Positions 1 to 8,790 of a DNA stretch of 64,000 nt are shown piece by piece. The notes below the pieces were generated by a model. That model made no database searches, was not told where the DNA came from, and worked only from the letters and a program-made list of their open reading frames with translations. Each line of letters opens with the position of its first letter. The stretch's first letter is position 1. The position numbers were made by a program, and so were the translations under genes. Source of the DNA: Candidatus Nanoarchaeia archaeon (GTDB lineage Archaea > Nanobdellota > Nanobdellia > Woesearchaeales > SM23-78). Location of the stretch: NCBI GenBank assembly GCA_035289665.1, contig DATDWO010000043.1, positions 611 to 64,610 of the forward strand, given 5' to 3'.

Positions 1-156
1 CCTCATTCTGGGACTGTCTCCGACATGGTCTAGAAAGATGGATTCTTCCGTCATAGAATCAGGTAAGATGAACCGCTTTTTAAACCTTTCTAAATTATAT
101 ATTGATGTATACTTAGGGAAGGAAACTATTATGAATGTATTCTGAATTCTAACTCT

Positions 157-441
157 ATGGATGATACCTATTCACTAAAAAAGCTCATTCTCCAGAAGCT
201 GGTCCGAGCCAATGTTTGGGGCGGAAAACATACCCCTGTGGATTTTATTATCAAAGGAATGCCCGAGCATTACAGAAATACTCATCCAGGAAAGAAAACC
301 ATTGAAAAAACAATAAAAGAATTAGTGAATCATGGGCGGGTTATCGTTACGCTAAAAAGAACAGGAAAAAGCTCGGATCAGCACCTTTCTTTAAACCCTA
401 GAAAGACAAACGATATAAAACAGTTTCTTGAAGAAGGGTAA
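157..441 (+). CDS. Small hypothetical protein, member of a 2-copy paralogous family in this window (shares GGKH(T/I)P and K(R)TGKxSxxHxSLNPRKTxE motifs with 14586..14867)
   Basis: 94-aa ORF; conserved motifs shared with second ORF in window; no recognisable domain. Confidence 0.4.
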   Translation: MDDTYSLKKLILQKLVRANVWGGKHTPVDFIIKGMPEHYRNTHPGKKTIEKTIKELVNHGRVIVTLKRTGKSSDQHLSLNPRKTNDIKQFLEEG

Positions 442-491
442 GCTCCTTTTAGACAGTAATAATCTACTCTGACCTACTGCCGTGGTGGTTA

Positions 492-1235
492 TTGTTCCGT
501 AAAGCTTTAATAGGATTAAGCGTTATTGGAAAGATGCCTCAAAATCGTCCTAAAACAATTCTTTTCATGCTCATGTCCCTAGATGGTAAGATCTCCACAG
601 GTGATTGCGATGCTTTGGATATGGACCAAGACTTTCCTAACATAAAAGGGGTTCGTGAAGGACTTTACCAATATTACGACTTAGAAAAACACACTGACAT
701 CCACTCGCTGAATACTGGAAAAGTCCAGGCCAAAATTGGTATGAATCAAAGAAAAGGATCTGTACAAAAAATCCCTGTTCGGTTTATCCTGATTGATAAT
801 AAGCCCCACTTGAAATCATCTGGTGTGAACTACTTCCTTAAGCGTGGAAAGATGATTTACCTTATAACGACAAACCCAAGACATCCTGCTTTTCAGATTA
901 AGAAGTGCCCTGAGTTGAATATTCTTTATTATCCCAATAAAATTGATTTCAAGAAACTGTTCATGCGGTTTAGACAAGAATTTGGCATCAGGCGCATAAC
1001 GATTCAATCTGGAGGTACGCTCAATGCTTTGCTATTGCGCCAAGGACTTATCGATCGTGTTTCCATTGTTGTGGCACCGATTCTGATCGGCGGGAAAACT
1101 ACACCCACGCTTATTGATGGAGAGTCTTTGCACACCCTAAAAGATTTAAAATGTGTGAGAGCACTGAAATTACAAACTTCCAGAAAACTAAAAAATTCTT
1201 ACCTTCACTTGATCTATAAAGTTTTGAATCGATGA
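492..1235 (+). CDS. RibD C-terminal-domain reductase (diaminohydroxyphosphoribosylaminopyrimidine reductase-like, riboflavin/F420 pathway); true start probably the internal Met near 534
   Basis: N-terminal MLMSLDGKISTG motif typical of RibD_C/DHFR-like reductases; ~240 aa size. Confidence 0.55.
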   Translation: MFRKALIGLSVIGKMPQNRPKTILFMLMSLDGKISTGDCDALDMDQDFPNIKGVREGLYQYYDLEKHTDIHSLNTGKVQAKIGMNQRKGSVQKIPVRFILIDNKPHLKSSGVNYFLKRGKMIYLITTNPRHPAFQIKKCPELNILYYPNKIDFKKLFMRFRQEFGIRRITIQSGGTLNALLLRQGLIDRVSIVVAPILIGGKTTPTLIDGESLHTLKDLKCVRALKLQTSRKLKNSYLHLIYKVLNR

Positions 1236-1237
1236 CC

Positions 1238-3031
1238 TCAATGCTTGCTTACTTCTTCCAGTAATTCTATGAGCGTCGCGGCACTCCAAGCCTGCGCTAA
1301 GCAGCCAAATGAAGTGCGGGAAGAGGCGCTACTGATCTCCGCGCAATGCCCTAGCCAGCCATCCATTAACATCTCATTCATGCTGGCTTCGATGATCTTA
1401 TAGATTTTTTCTTTATACTTCATTTTGTTTAGCCGTAATAGACTTAAGGCGGCGAGGTTATTGATCCAATACCAACTATCACCTTGGTGATAACTTTGAT
1501 CGTCCTGACCGGTATGCTCAACCTTGAATGCGGGATGAGAGCGATCCAAGGTTGCCAAGCCACCCCAGGGCAACCAGATTCTTTCTAACGCCTTGTCCAA
1601 AGCTCGTTCCCACTCTTCCTGAGAAAGCAATTCAGGGTAAATATAATAGGCCAAGAAAATGTTCGGCCTGACTGTGAAATCAGCCTTTCCATCTACGAAT
1701 CCGTCCGCCAGATGCCCATCAAAGAACTTGTTCTTTATGGCTTGAGCCAGTTGTTTTTCCTGCCAGCCATGTTTTTCGCTATAACTTGAAGTAAGTTCAT
1801 CCAACAACTGCGCTGTCCGATACATACTCAACTGCAATGCCTGGATTTCAATCCGCGCACCTTCCCTCCCTATAGTGTCCATCCACGTCTCTTTTGGATT
1901 GTTGACGATCAAATTATCTTTTTGGTGCTCCTTATGCAAGCGCTGCAAACAAAGCTCTATTTTTTCTTTCAACCGCATTAAATCCGACTTGCTTAAGACA
2001 TTGGAGAGCTGCTTTCTCAATTGCAACAGTCGAATCCAATCGTGAACCCGCTTCCATAGCCAGCCAACCCCGTCTGCGGAACCCAATGGTGAGCCTGAAT
2101 ATACTGGAGAGACATTGGGTAAACGTCCATCTTCTAGAATGTTGTCCATATATGAGAAAATGATTTTCTTAACGAATTCAGCCTTCCCTTGCAAAGCAAA
2201 TGCATGCAGGGAAATCAACGTGTCTCTACTCCAAAACTGGTGGAACCAAGGCAAACCTGCTAAGATGCCCTTACTGTCTTTAACCAAGCTGTGCAAAGCA
2301 TGTACGGCTGGAAGCAACCTGGCTGAAGAATACCGCTGCTCGGTTTCGAGCTCTGCTTGTCTCACTTCTTGATCAAACCCAGTAAAAAACTTTTTGCTTT
2401 GACTTAGAGCTGATTCGATGTCCTGATGCACTGTAAACACTAAACGCAATTTTCCCTGACTGCGGAGTCGCAGCGTCTGATAAATGAAGAAATCAGACTT
2501 GGCCTTTCTTCGACGATCGTATGCATAGTTGCGCTGAGCCCAGTTTTTTACCGGAACAAAACTTTCAACCCCTTCAATGACTATATAATAGGAGCCTTTC
2601 AGTTCTTTTAGCGACTGATCGGAGTATTTTTTATACTCCATGATCAAGGTATTCTCTTGCTTGTAAACTTGGTAGATGCGACCTTGATCGCTGTAATCGT
2701 ACAACTCCCTACAATCCAAGTCCACATTTACAAAGCCTTCATAATTCATTACTTCATATAAGATCGAATTTCCTTTTAAGACAAAACGCTCTTGAGCTTT
2801 ACTGCTTTTTCGCAGAACACTATGGAAATGATTCTCTACGATCTCTACGGGTGAATCTAGATAGATGTTTTCAACTGACTTGAACAAGGTTTCTGTTCCT
2901 AGCTTGAATAACACCAACCCTTCGTAATTCGAACGACACTCTGGTTGGTTCGGCAACGCCAAATATCCCCCTGAAGCGTTGGTCAGCAAAAAGCCTGCCT
3001 TTCCATGCCCCTCCAATTTATGGCCTTTCAC
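1238..3031 (-). CDS. Glycogen debranching enzyme-like (amylo-alpha-1,6-glucosidase, GDE_C family)
   Basis: 597 aa; WFHQFWSRDTLISL motif characteristic of GDE_C amylo-1,6-glucosidase domain. Confidence 0.5.
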   Translation of the reverse strand: MKGHKLEGHGKAGFLLTNASGGYLALPNQPECRSNYEGLVLFKLGTETLFKSVENIYLDSPVEIVENHFHSVLRKSSKAQERFVLKGNSILYEVMNYEGFVNVDLDCRELYDYSDQGRIYQVYKQENTLIMEYKKYSDQSLKELKGSYYIVIEGVESFVPVKNWAQRNYAYDRRRKAKSDFFIYQTLRLRSQGKLRLVFTVHQDIESALSQSKKFFTGFDQEVRQAELETEQRYSSARLLPAVHALHSLVKDSKGILAGLPWFHQFWSRDTLISLHAFALQGKAEFVKKIIFSYMDNILEDGRLPNVSPVYSGSPLGSADGVGWLWKRVHDWIRLLQLRKQLSNVLSKSDLMRLKEKIELCLQRLHKEHQKDNLIVNNPKETWMDTIGREGARIEIQALQLSMYRTAQLLDELTSSYSEKHGWQEKQLAQAIKNKFFDGHLADGFVDGKADFTVRPNIFLAYYIYPELLSQEEWERALDKALERIWLPWGGLATLDRSHPAFKVEHTGQDDQSYHQGDSWYWINNLAALSLLRLNKMKYKEKIYKIIEASMNEMLMDGWLGHCAEISSASSRTSFGCLAQAWSAATLIELLEEVSKH

Positions 3032-3172
3032 CTTATGCAGAATACGAATAGGAACCTCACCTCTCCAGACAGAAGACGATTCGACGTTTATAACTTTTTC
3101 CTCAATAACCTGTCAAGAATCGCCAATATTAAACGATAGCGATTCTTGATCACATCAGAATTCCACAGATGA

Positions 3173-4129
3173 GTGATAATATTTCACTTTTATACAGCAC
3201 AGTGGAATTCAGAATGTTTAAATACCCAAACGATTCAGGAAAGCCTAATGACTAAAATCCATTGGGACCGGCTGAACTACCCTTGGTCGTACTCCAAAGA
3301 CCCGGTCAAGTTCTGGCTCAGCGTGGGAGGATTGGGAGTGTTCTTATTCAGCTTTGCCGTACTCCACAGCATTAGCCTAGACTTAGGATTGACTCCTAAA
3401 AACGTAGGTGGGCAAGCCACTCAATACCCTGCTTATTATGATCCGAATAGTCCTATCATGAGCGGACAATACTTCGGCTATCGATCACAAGATTACTATA
3501 GTCCATCCCAATATGGGTATTATCAACAGTCTGGTTACCCGCAATCTGGCTATCAGCAATCCGGCTATGCACAAGCCCCTATTTATTACGGTAACAATCA
3601 ATATGGTGGCTACCCTAATTCCCCCTATGGAGCCGGCTACAACCAATATCAAGGACAATACCCTACTCAAGGTGCATACAACCCTGCGCAAGGCTATGGT
3701 CCTATGTATAGTGGATACGACCCGATGAACTCCTATTACAACCCTCGCGGAGTTCCTGTCTTTCAAGGCATAAAAGCCCCCAGCCAAGCTAGCTACTCTC
3801 CTCCCACTCAAGGTGTTGTTGAAGAACCCTACACCCCCCAACCCCCTCAAGAACAACCCCTTGCAGATATTCAAATTGAACGCTCGAACAGTCCCCCACC
3901 CAATACTGTATTTGAACCTTCTGCACCTAAGAAAAAAACATGGAAACTCAGCCCCACTTTCTTGTACATTGTACTCGTCCTTGCCATCCTCATCTGGCTC
4001 TACTTAATCTATGTCATGTTCAAACCCAAATCCCATCCCGCTGCTCCTAGTAAACCCTTAGGAATTGAGCACACACCCGTTAAAGAAACCAAACCACATA
4101 ACAAACCCCGCAAACCTAGAAAAAAATAA
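3173..4129 (+). CDS. Low-complexity Q/Y/G/P-rich (prion-like) protein with C-terminal transmembrane helix and Lys-rich tail; start may be internal Met near 3248
   Basis: Long run of YGYYQQSGYPQSGYQQSGY... repeats, then hydrophobic LYIVLVLAILIWLYLIYVMF segment and KPRKPRKK tail. Confidence 0.45.
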   Translation: MIIFHFYTAQWNSECLNTQTIQESLMTKIHWDRLNYPWSYSKDPVKFWLSVGGLGVFLFSFAVLHSISLDLGLTPKNVGGQATQYPAYYDPNSPIMSGQYFGYRSQDYYSPSQYGYYQQSGYPQSGYQQSGYAQAPIYYGNNQYGGYPNSPYGAGYNQYQGQYPTQGAYNPAQGYGPMYSGYDPMNSYYNPRGVPVFQGIKAPSQASYSPPTQGVVEEPYTPQPPQEQPLADIQIERSNSPPPNTVFEPSAPKKKTWKLSPTFLYIVLVLAILIWLYLIYVMFKPKSHPAAPSKPLGIEHTPVKETKPHNKPRKPRKK

Positions 4130-4139
4130 TTCAGAACTT

Positions 4140-4349
4140 CTAACGATTGGCTAGTTTGATGTCTTCTGCCTTCACTGTTTTTCTACCGGCGTGAGCCGCT
4201 AACTCAGAAGCCTTCTTTGCTAATTCGATGCCGTACTCTTCCAAAGCATCTCTCAACTCTGCCTTGCCATCCTCTCCCACGCGATCAGCACCGCCTTTCT
4301 TCAGAATACGCTCCATAGCAGCGAGCGGAAGTTCGTTTGTTTTTGGCAT
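4140..4349 (-). CDS. Archaeal histone (HMfA/B family)
   Basis: 69 aa; [19 protein letters not shown]...[24 protein letters not shown] matches archaeal histone fold signature. Confidence 0.85.
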   Translation of the reverse strand: MPKTNELPLAAMERILKKGGADRVGEDGKAELRDALEEYGIELAKKASELAAHAGRKTVKAEDIKLANR

Positions 4350-4514
4350 GTTCCTATCTAATGGAGCGAACTATATAAACGTTTCTAACCTTTCCCCCTC
4401 TATATTTAATTGAAACGAATCCGACTGTCGTCTTGAACTTTTCATTCTCCACTGCTTGAATATAGAAAGCTTTATTAAGGACTACTGTCCAGAATAGACG
4501 ATAGGTGAGCGGTT

Positions 4515-5495
4515 TTGAAAACAAAGATATCCCTTATTATCCTCATCGGTTTTCTACTCCTTTCTTCTTGCACAACTAAAAAAGAAAGCGATAAACTTGA
4601 CATCACCCAAGCCTTTATCGGCGGAAACGTAGGCTTAAACGTCTTTTTACTTGAGGGACTGCCTCCCCCCGTTGTTTATGATAAAGGTACTTATCCTTTT
4701 GGCGTGGGCGTCACCATTGAGAATGTAGGTGAAGGCGATGTAGGACCTGGGACACCCAATCCCTTTGTTCGCGTACGTTTGGAAGGCATTAACCCTACTG
4801 AATTTGGCACCACGGATGCAGCGGTTGTCCAAGACCTTGCCGTTCCCTTACGAAGCGCCAAACGAAACTTTGACGGCACCATCCTACCTGGAGAAGTTAC
4901 CACGGCTGTATTTGAGCCTTTGAACTACTTACCTGACCTTCGAGGCAATCATGAATTCACGATTCGCGCTGATGTTTGCTATGATTATACTAACTTAGCA
5001 ACTGCTAAGATCTGCATCAAAGATGAAGTCTTAGAAAACATCCAAGATGACAGCATCTGCAGCTTGGTCGGAGAGAAATTCCCCCAAAACAGTGGTGGAC
5101 CGGTACAGATCACTTCATTAGTAGAAAACCCATTGTCTGACAACAAGATTCAAATCAGCTTTGTCCTTGAACACGTTGGCAAAGGAGAATTTTTCGGCCG
5201 AGACACCAATGAAATCTGCGACTTTAGCGTACGAAACTTCAACAAATATTTCATCGATGTCATCATACGACCCTTGGCTGCGCCTGATTTAGCGGTAAGC
5301 TGCACTCGATTTGGTGGAACCAACCAAGGAAGAATCAAACTCTTCCAAGGAGCCCCAGCTACCATCCAATGCGTTGTTCAACGCACAGGGCCTAGCAAGC
5401 GACGCATCTACCAAGAAATCATGGAAATTGAACTTAGATACCGTTATGGACAGTTCATTGAAACCCCGATCCTCATTCAAGATGTTACTAATTAA
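4515..5495 (+). CDS. Secreted lipoprotein, paralog 1 of tandem pair, unknown function
   Basis: Signal peptide with LLSSC lipobox; shares FIGGNxGL..LEGxPPPV..NVGExxVGP..NPFV..RxNFDGTILPGE..DVCYDYTN..KIC.KD motifs with next gene. Confidence 0.55.
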   Translation: MKTKISLIILIGFLLLSSCTTKKESDKLDITQAFIGGNVGLNVFLLEGLPPPVVYDKGTYPFGVGVTIENVGEGDVGPGTPNPFVRVRLEGINPTEFGTTDAAVVQDLAVPLRSAKRNFDGTILPGEVTTAVFEPLNYLPDLRGNHEFTIRADVCYDYTNLATAKICIKDEVLENIQDDSICSLVGEKFPQNSGGPVQITSLVENPLSDNKIQISFVLEHVGKGEFFGRDTNEICDFSVRNFNKYFIDVIIRPLAAPDLAVSCTRFGGTNQGRIKLFQGAPATIQCVVQRTGPSKRRIYQEIMEIELRYRYGQFIETPILIQDVTN

Positions 5496-5506
5496 CTCTT
5501 CTTATT

Positions 5507-6499
5507 ATGAAATCAAAGACGCTCTGGATCCTTTTGTTCCTTGTTCTCCTTACTTGGTCTTGCAAAAAACAAGACTCGGGAGTTATCCAGCAGACGTTCA
5601 TCGGAGGCAACCAAGGACTTTCTTTTAAGATACTCGAAGGAGCCCCGCCCCCCGTGATTCAAGATGAGGGCAGCAGCCCCTTTTCTGTTTCTACTACCCT
5701 TTCCAATGTCGGTGAGGCTGAAGTGGGACCTGACACCGAAAACCCTTTTGTACTGGTTCGACTCCTTGGGATTGTACCTGCACAATTCGGAACTAAACCT
5801 GAAAACCTCTACCAAACCCTGAGCCACAAACTCAACGGTGCGAGAAGAAACTTTGACGGCACCATCCTACCTGGAGAGATTGAAATCGCCACGTTTGAAC
5901 CCTTGACTTTTTTAGGTAATGTGCTGGAAACGAACGTCATCACCCTGCGACTCGACGTTTGCTACGACTATACCAATTATGCCACTGTGAAAATCTGCTT
6001 GAAAGATGACATCATAGAAAATGCCCAAGATTCCAGCCTTTGCAATTTACGTGATTTGAACCTTCTTGTAGGCAACAGTGCAGGACCTTTACATATCGTA
6101 TCGGCCGATCAAAGCCCTGCTGGATTTGATCGCATCCAAGTCAACCTTGTGGTTGGGCATGTTGGAAGAGGAATGAATTTCCGAAGAGGCACGGAAGACC
6201 CGCAAAAAGCTTGCGACTTTAGTCAACAAAACCGCGACGCGTTCTTTGCTACGCTTAATGTTAAGTATGAAGACCCTCACTTTAAACTCAGCTGTCAAGG
6301 CTTAACTCAACAAGGGCCGGATGGAAGCACCTTTGGCGAGATCCGGTTGTTTGACAATGCTCCCACGACTGTGACGTGCTACTTGAAGCGCGCCGAACCG
6401 ATTAAAAATAGGGTTTATCAAAGCATAATGAATGTGAAAATCAAGTATCGGTACGGGGAGTTTGCCGAGATACCGATTGCGGTACAGGATGTGCATTAG
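5507..6499 (+). CDS. Secreted lipoprotein, paralog 2 of tandem pair, unknown function
   Basis: Signal peptide LTWSC; collinear similarity over full length with 4515..5495. Confidence 0.55.
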   Translation: MKSKTLWILLFLVLLTWSCKKQDSGVIQQTFIGGNQGLSFKILEGAPPPVIQDEGSSPFSVSTTLSNVGEAEVGPDTENPFVLVRLLGIVPAQFGTKPENLYQTLSHKLNGARRNFDGTILPGEIEIATFEPLTFLGNVLETNVITLRLDVCYDYTNYATVKICLKDDIIENAQDSSLCNLRDLNLLVGNSAGPLHIVSADQSPAGFDRIQVNLVVGHVGRGMNFRRGTEDPQKACDFSQQNRDAFFATLNVKYEDPHFKLSCQGLTQQGPDGSTFGEIRLFDNAPTTVTCYLKRAEPIKNRVYQSIMNVKIKYRYGEFAEIPIAVQDVH

Positions 6500-6663
6500 A
6501 ACTTTGAATGACTTTATTTTAGAATTTTAACAATATCCTTACTTGAGAGAATAGGAAGTTTCATAAGAATAAACGAGTAGCGAGAGGAGACATTAACCTT
6601 TCAGCTGCTTTAGGAGCCTTTTCAGGACATTCCTCTAAATAAAGCTCGATCGCATCTTTTATG

Positions 6664-6966
6664 TTATTCAATGCTTCCTCGTAGTTCATGTTTTCTCTTA
6701 CGCACCCGATCCATTAATTCCTTTGTCGAAATCACTTCGCCCCTCTGAACAGCATTAAGCCTTTCCTTAATTATCTCACGAGTTTCATCATTGAGCGGAA
6801 GTTTATCCTCTTGATCATGTTCCACATAATTTTTTATGATCCGCTGTATAACGTTGTCGTAAGGCTCTTGATTAACAAGCTTAAGTTGGTCTAAACACTG
6901 TTTTGTTCCCTCTTTCACTCTTATTTGCTTTGATTCCTCCCCCTCAATCATTTCTTCTTGTTCCAT
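6664..6966 (-). CDS. Ribbon-helix-helix (CopG/Arc-like) DNA-binding protein, candidate regulator/antitoxin; start placed at MEQEEM (ORF extends to 7020)
   Basis: KQIRVKEGTKQCLDQLKLV..YDNVIQRIIKNYVEH fits beta-strand + two helices of RHH; divergent from toxSAS-like gene; shared intergenic region carries operator-like repeats. Confidence 0.45.
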   Translation of the reverse strand: MEQEEMIEGEESKQIRVKEGTKQCLDQLKLVNQEPYDNVIQRIIKNYVEHDQEDKLPLNDETREIIKERLNAVQRGEVISTKELMDRVRKRKHELRGSIE

Positions 6967-7084
6967 AGCCACCCTCTTTTCTGTCAACGCAAGTTGACAG
7001 CAGTAAACTACTGTATACAAAGCGGTTATTTAAACTTTTCGTTTAGATACCGCGCAAATCAGATTAGATATATAATATTTCCAA

Positions 7085-7111
7085 TTTTAAGCTTAAATAT
7101 GACCGCGCAAA
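7085..7111. repeat. 27-bp perfect direct repeat copy 1 (TTTTAAGCTTAAATATGACCGCGCAAA)
   Basis: Identical to 7168..7194. Confidence 0.9.
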
Positions 7112-7167
7112 GTACAAATTTGAAAGACGTACCGCGCAAATTATCATTTATTACTAAATATCTCATG

Positions 7168-7194
7168 TTTTAAGCTTAAATATGACCGCGCAAA
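7168..7194. repeat. 27-bp perfect direct repeat copy 2
   Basis: Identical to 7085..7111; ~40 bp upstream of 7232 start. Confidence 0.9.
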
Positions 7195-7231
7195 AGATAA
7201 GTTTAAATATACATGCTCCTATTCTTACTTC

Positions 7232-8299
7232 ATGGCATGGACAAAACCAGAAGGACACTCTAAGAGAAAAATTGATTTTGCAGGGACTATTCTAACTGGA
7301 GTTAAGAGTTCAGAAGAGAAAGAAGAAGCAATAAAAATATTGAACAATTGGCGAGCCGTTCATAGTTACCCTATGCATATATTCAAAATGAGGCTAAAAA
7401 GAGTATCAGAGAAACTAGATAAAGAATCATTATCTGTTCAGCGCCTTAAACGTGTCCCTTCAATTATTAAAAAATTACAGAGAGGATATCATGGAAACAG
7501 ACCCACTATGAAACTCTCGCAAATGCAAGATATCGCCGGTTGTAGAGTGGTCATGTCAAACGTCTCATTAGCAAAACAACTTTACAAAGATTCTTATATT
7601 AAAGGAGATCTAAAGCATACAAAAGTAAAAGAAAAAGACTACATCGCGAACCCAAAAGAAGACGGATACAGGAGTATTCATCTGATTTATAGGTACAATA
7701 GTGATAAAGAAGGTAAGAAAGAATATAATGGACTACTTGTAGAAGTGCAGATAAGATCAAAGCTACAACATTTATGGGCTACAGCTATAGAGACAGTAGA
7801 TTTTTTTACAAGACAAGCTATTAAGTCTAACGAAGGCGAAAAAGATTGGATGGATTTTTTTAGATTAATGAGCTCAGCATTTGCTATACTAGAAAATTGT
7901 CCATGCGTTCCAAATACTCCCACTGACGAAAAAGAATTGTTCTCTCAAATAAAAACTAAAGAAAGAGAGTTAAACGTTATAAAAATAATGACTGGATGGA
8001 CAAGAGCAATTAGGGTATTTGAGCAAGAAGTAAAAAAGAAATCTGAACTACAGTTTTTCTTATTAGAGCTAGATATTTTAGGAGAAAAGCTAACTATCAG
8101 CGAATATACAAAAGATCAGGAAAAAAAAGCGATAGCAGACTACGCAAAAGCTGAAAAAAGAAATGAAGGAAAAAAAGAATTTGACGTGGTTCTTGTTGGA
8201 GCTGATACAAGCAATGATTTAAAAAAAGCTTATCCGAACTACTTCGTAGATACTGGAGAATTCTTAATAAATCTTAAGAAGATTTTAGATAAGTATTAA
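7232..8299 (+). CDS. RelA/SpoT-family nucleotidyltransferase (small alarmone synthetase fold; toxSAS/CapRel-like single-chain architecture with ~140-aa C-terminal extension)
   Basis: Synthetase-domain motifs: LKRVPSIIKKL..DIAGCRVV..DYIANPKEDGYRSIHL..LLVEVQIRSKLQHLWA; 355 aa. Confidence 0.75.
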   Translation: MAWTKPEGHSKRKIDFAGTILTGVKSSEEKEEAIKILNNWRAVHSYPMHIFKMRLKRVSEKLDKESLSVQRLKRVPSIIKKLQRGYHGNRPTMKLSQMQDIAGCRVVMSNVSLAKQLYKDSYIKGDLKHTKVKEKDYIANPKEDGYRSIHLIYRYNSDKEGKKEYNGLLVEVQIRSKLQHLWATAIETVDFFTRQAIKSNEGEKDWMDFFRLMSSAFAILENCPCVPNTPTDEKELFSQIKTKERELNVIKIMTGWTRAIRVFEQEVKKKSELQFFLLELDILGEKLTISEYTKDQEKKAIADYAKAEKRNEGKKEFDVVLVGADTSNDLKKAYPNYFVDTGEFLINLKKILDKY

Positions 8300-8386
8300 T
8301 TCACAATATTAATAGAAAAGTATTGTGCAGGGTTAATTACTTGAGAATCTTTAAAAAGAGGGTTCAGCCACTTAGAATGTTATGGG

Positions 8387-8689
8387 GTGCTTTTTTTGAA
8401 TCGTCAAGGTTTAGGATATTATACTGAGATCATCGTCGTAAGCCTTATAGCTGTGGTCGTTGTAGGGGCTATCATTGGGGGTTTAGTCTACGTTTTTAAG
8501 ACCGTACCGATGGATTCTCTGCTCTCTATTTTACCCCATACAGAAACAAGAGCACAGCAAAGTACGGTAGCGTCTCCTGCTCATTTAGAAGAGCCTACTC
8601 CACAGCCACCAAAGTATACGCTAGTAGAAACTCCTCCCCCCCCGTACAGGAACCAGAACCTCAACCACAAAATCCACCACCAGTTGTAA
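8387..8689 (+). CDS. N-terminal part (TM anchor + Pro-rich linker) of a membrane-anchored transglutaminase-like protein, interrupted by frameshift at C8 tract (8636..8643)
   Basis: TM helix IIVVSLIAVVVVGAIIGGLVYVF; Pro-rich linker continues in frame +1 after poly-C into next ORF. Confidence 0.5.
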   Translation: MLFLNRQGLGYYTEIIVVSLIAVVVVGAIIGGLVYVFKTVPMDSLLSILPHTETRAQQSTVASPAHLEEPTPQPPKYTLVETPPPPYRNQNLNHKIHHQL

Positions 8690-8790
8690 CCACCCCAGAA
8701 CCACCTCCTAAACCTGTAGATCCAAATGATGCATACGCTAATGTAAAAAGCTATGACTCATACAAAACTGATCCAAAGAGAGTTACCTTC

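Larger units (their letters stand above)
7049..7194. promoter_or_regulatory. Four ACCGCGCAAA boxes (7049, 7102, 7131, 7185) in divergent promoter region, two embedded in perfect 27-bp direct repeats containing TATA-like TTAAATAT
   Basis: Exact string matches read in sequence; spacing 53/29/54 bp; GC-rich cores in AT-rich intergenic DNA. Confidence 0.55.

Noticed and set aside
2115-2372. Short antisense and shadow ORFs inside large genes (for example 816..1007, 2115..2372, 3485..3874, 16822..17181, 18028..18399, 41218..41601, 48304..48651)
   Set aside because: They are embedded in well-supported longer coding regions on the other strand or frame.
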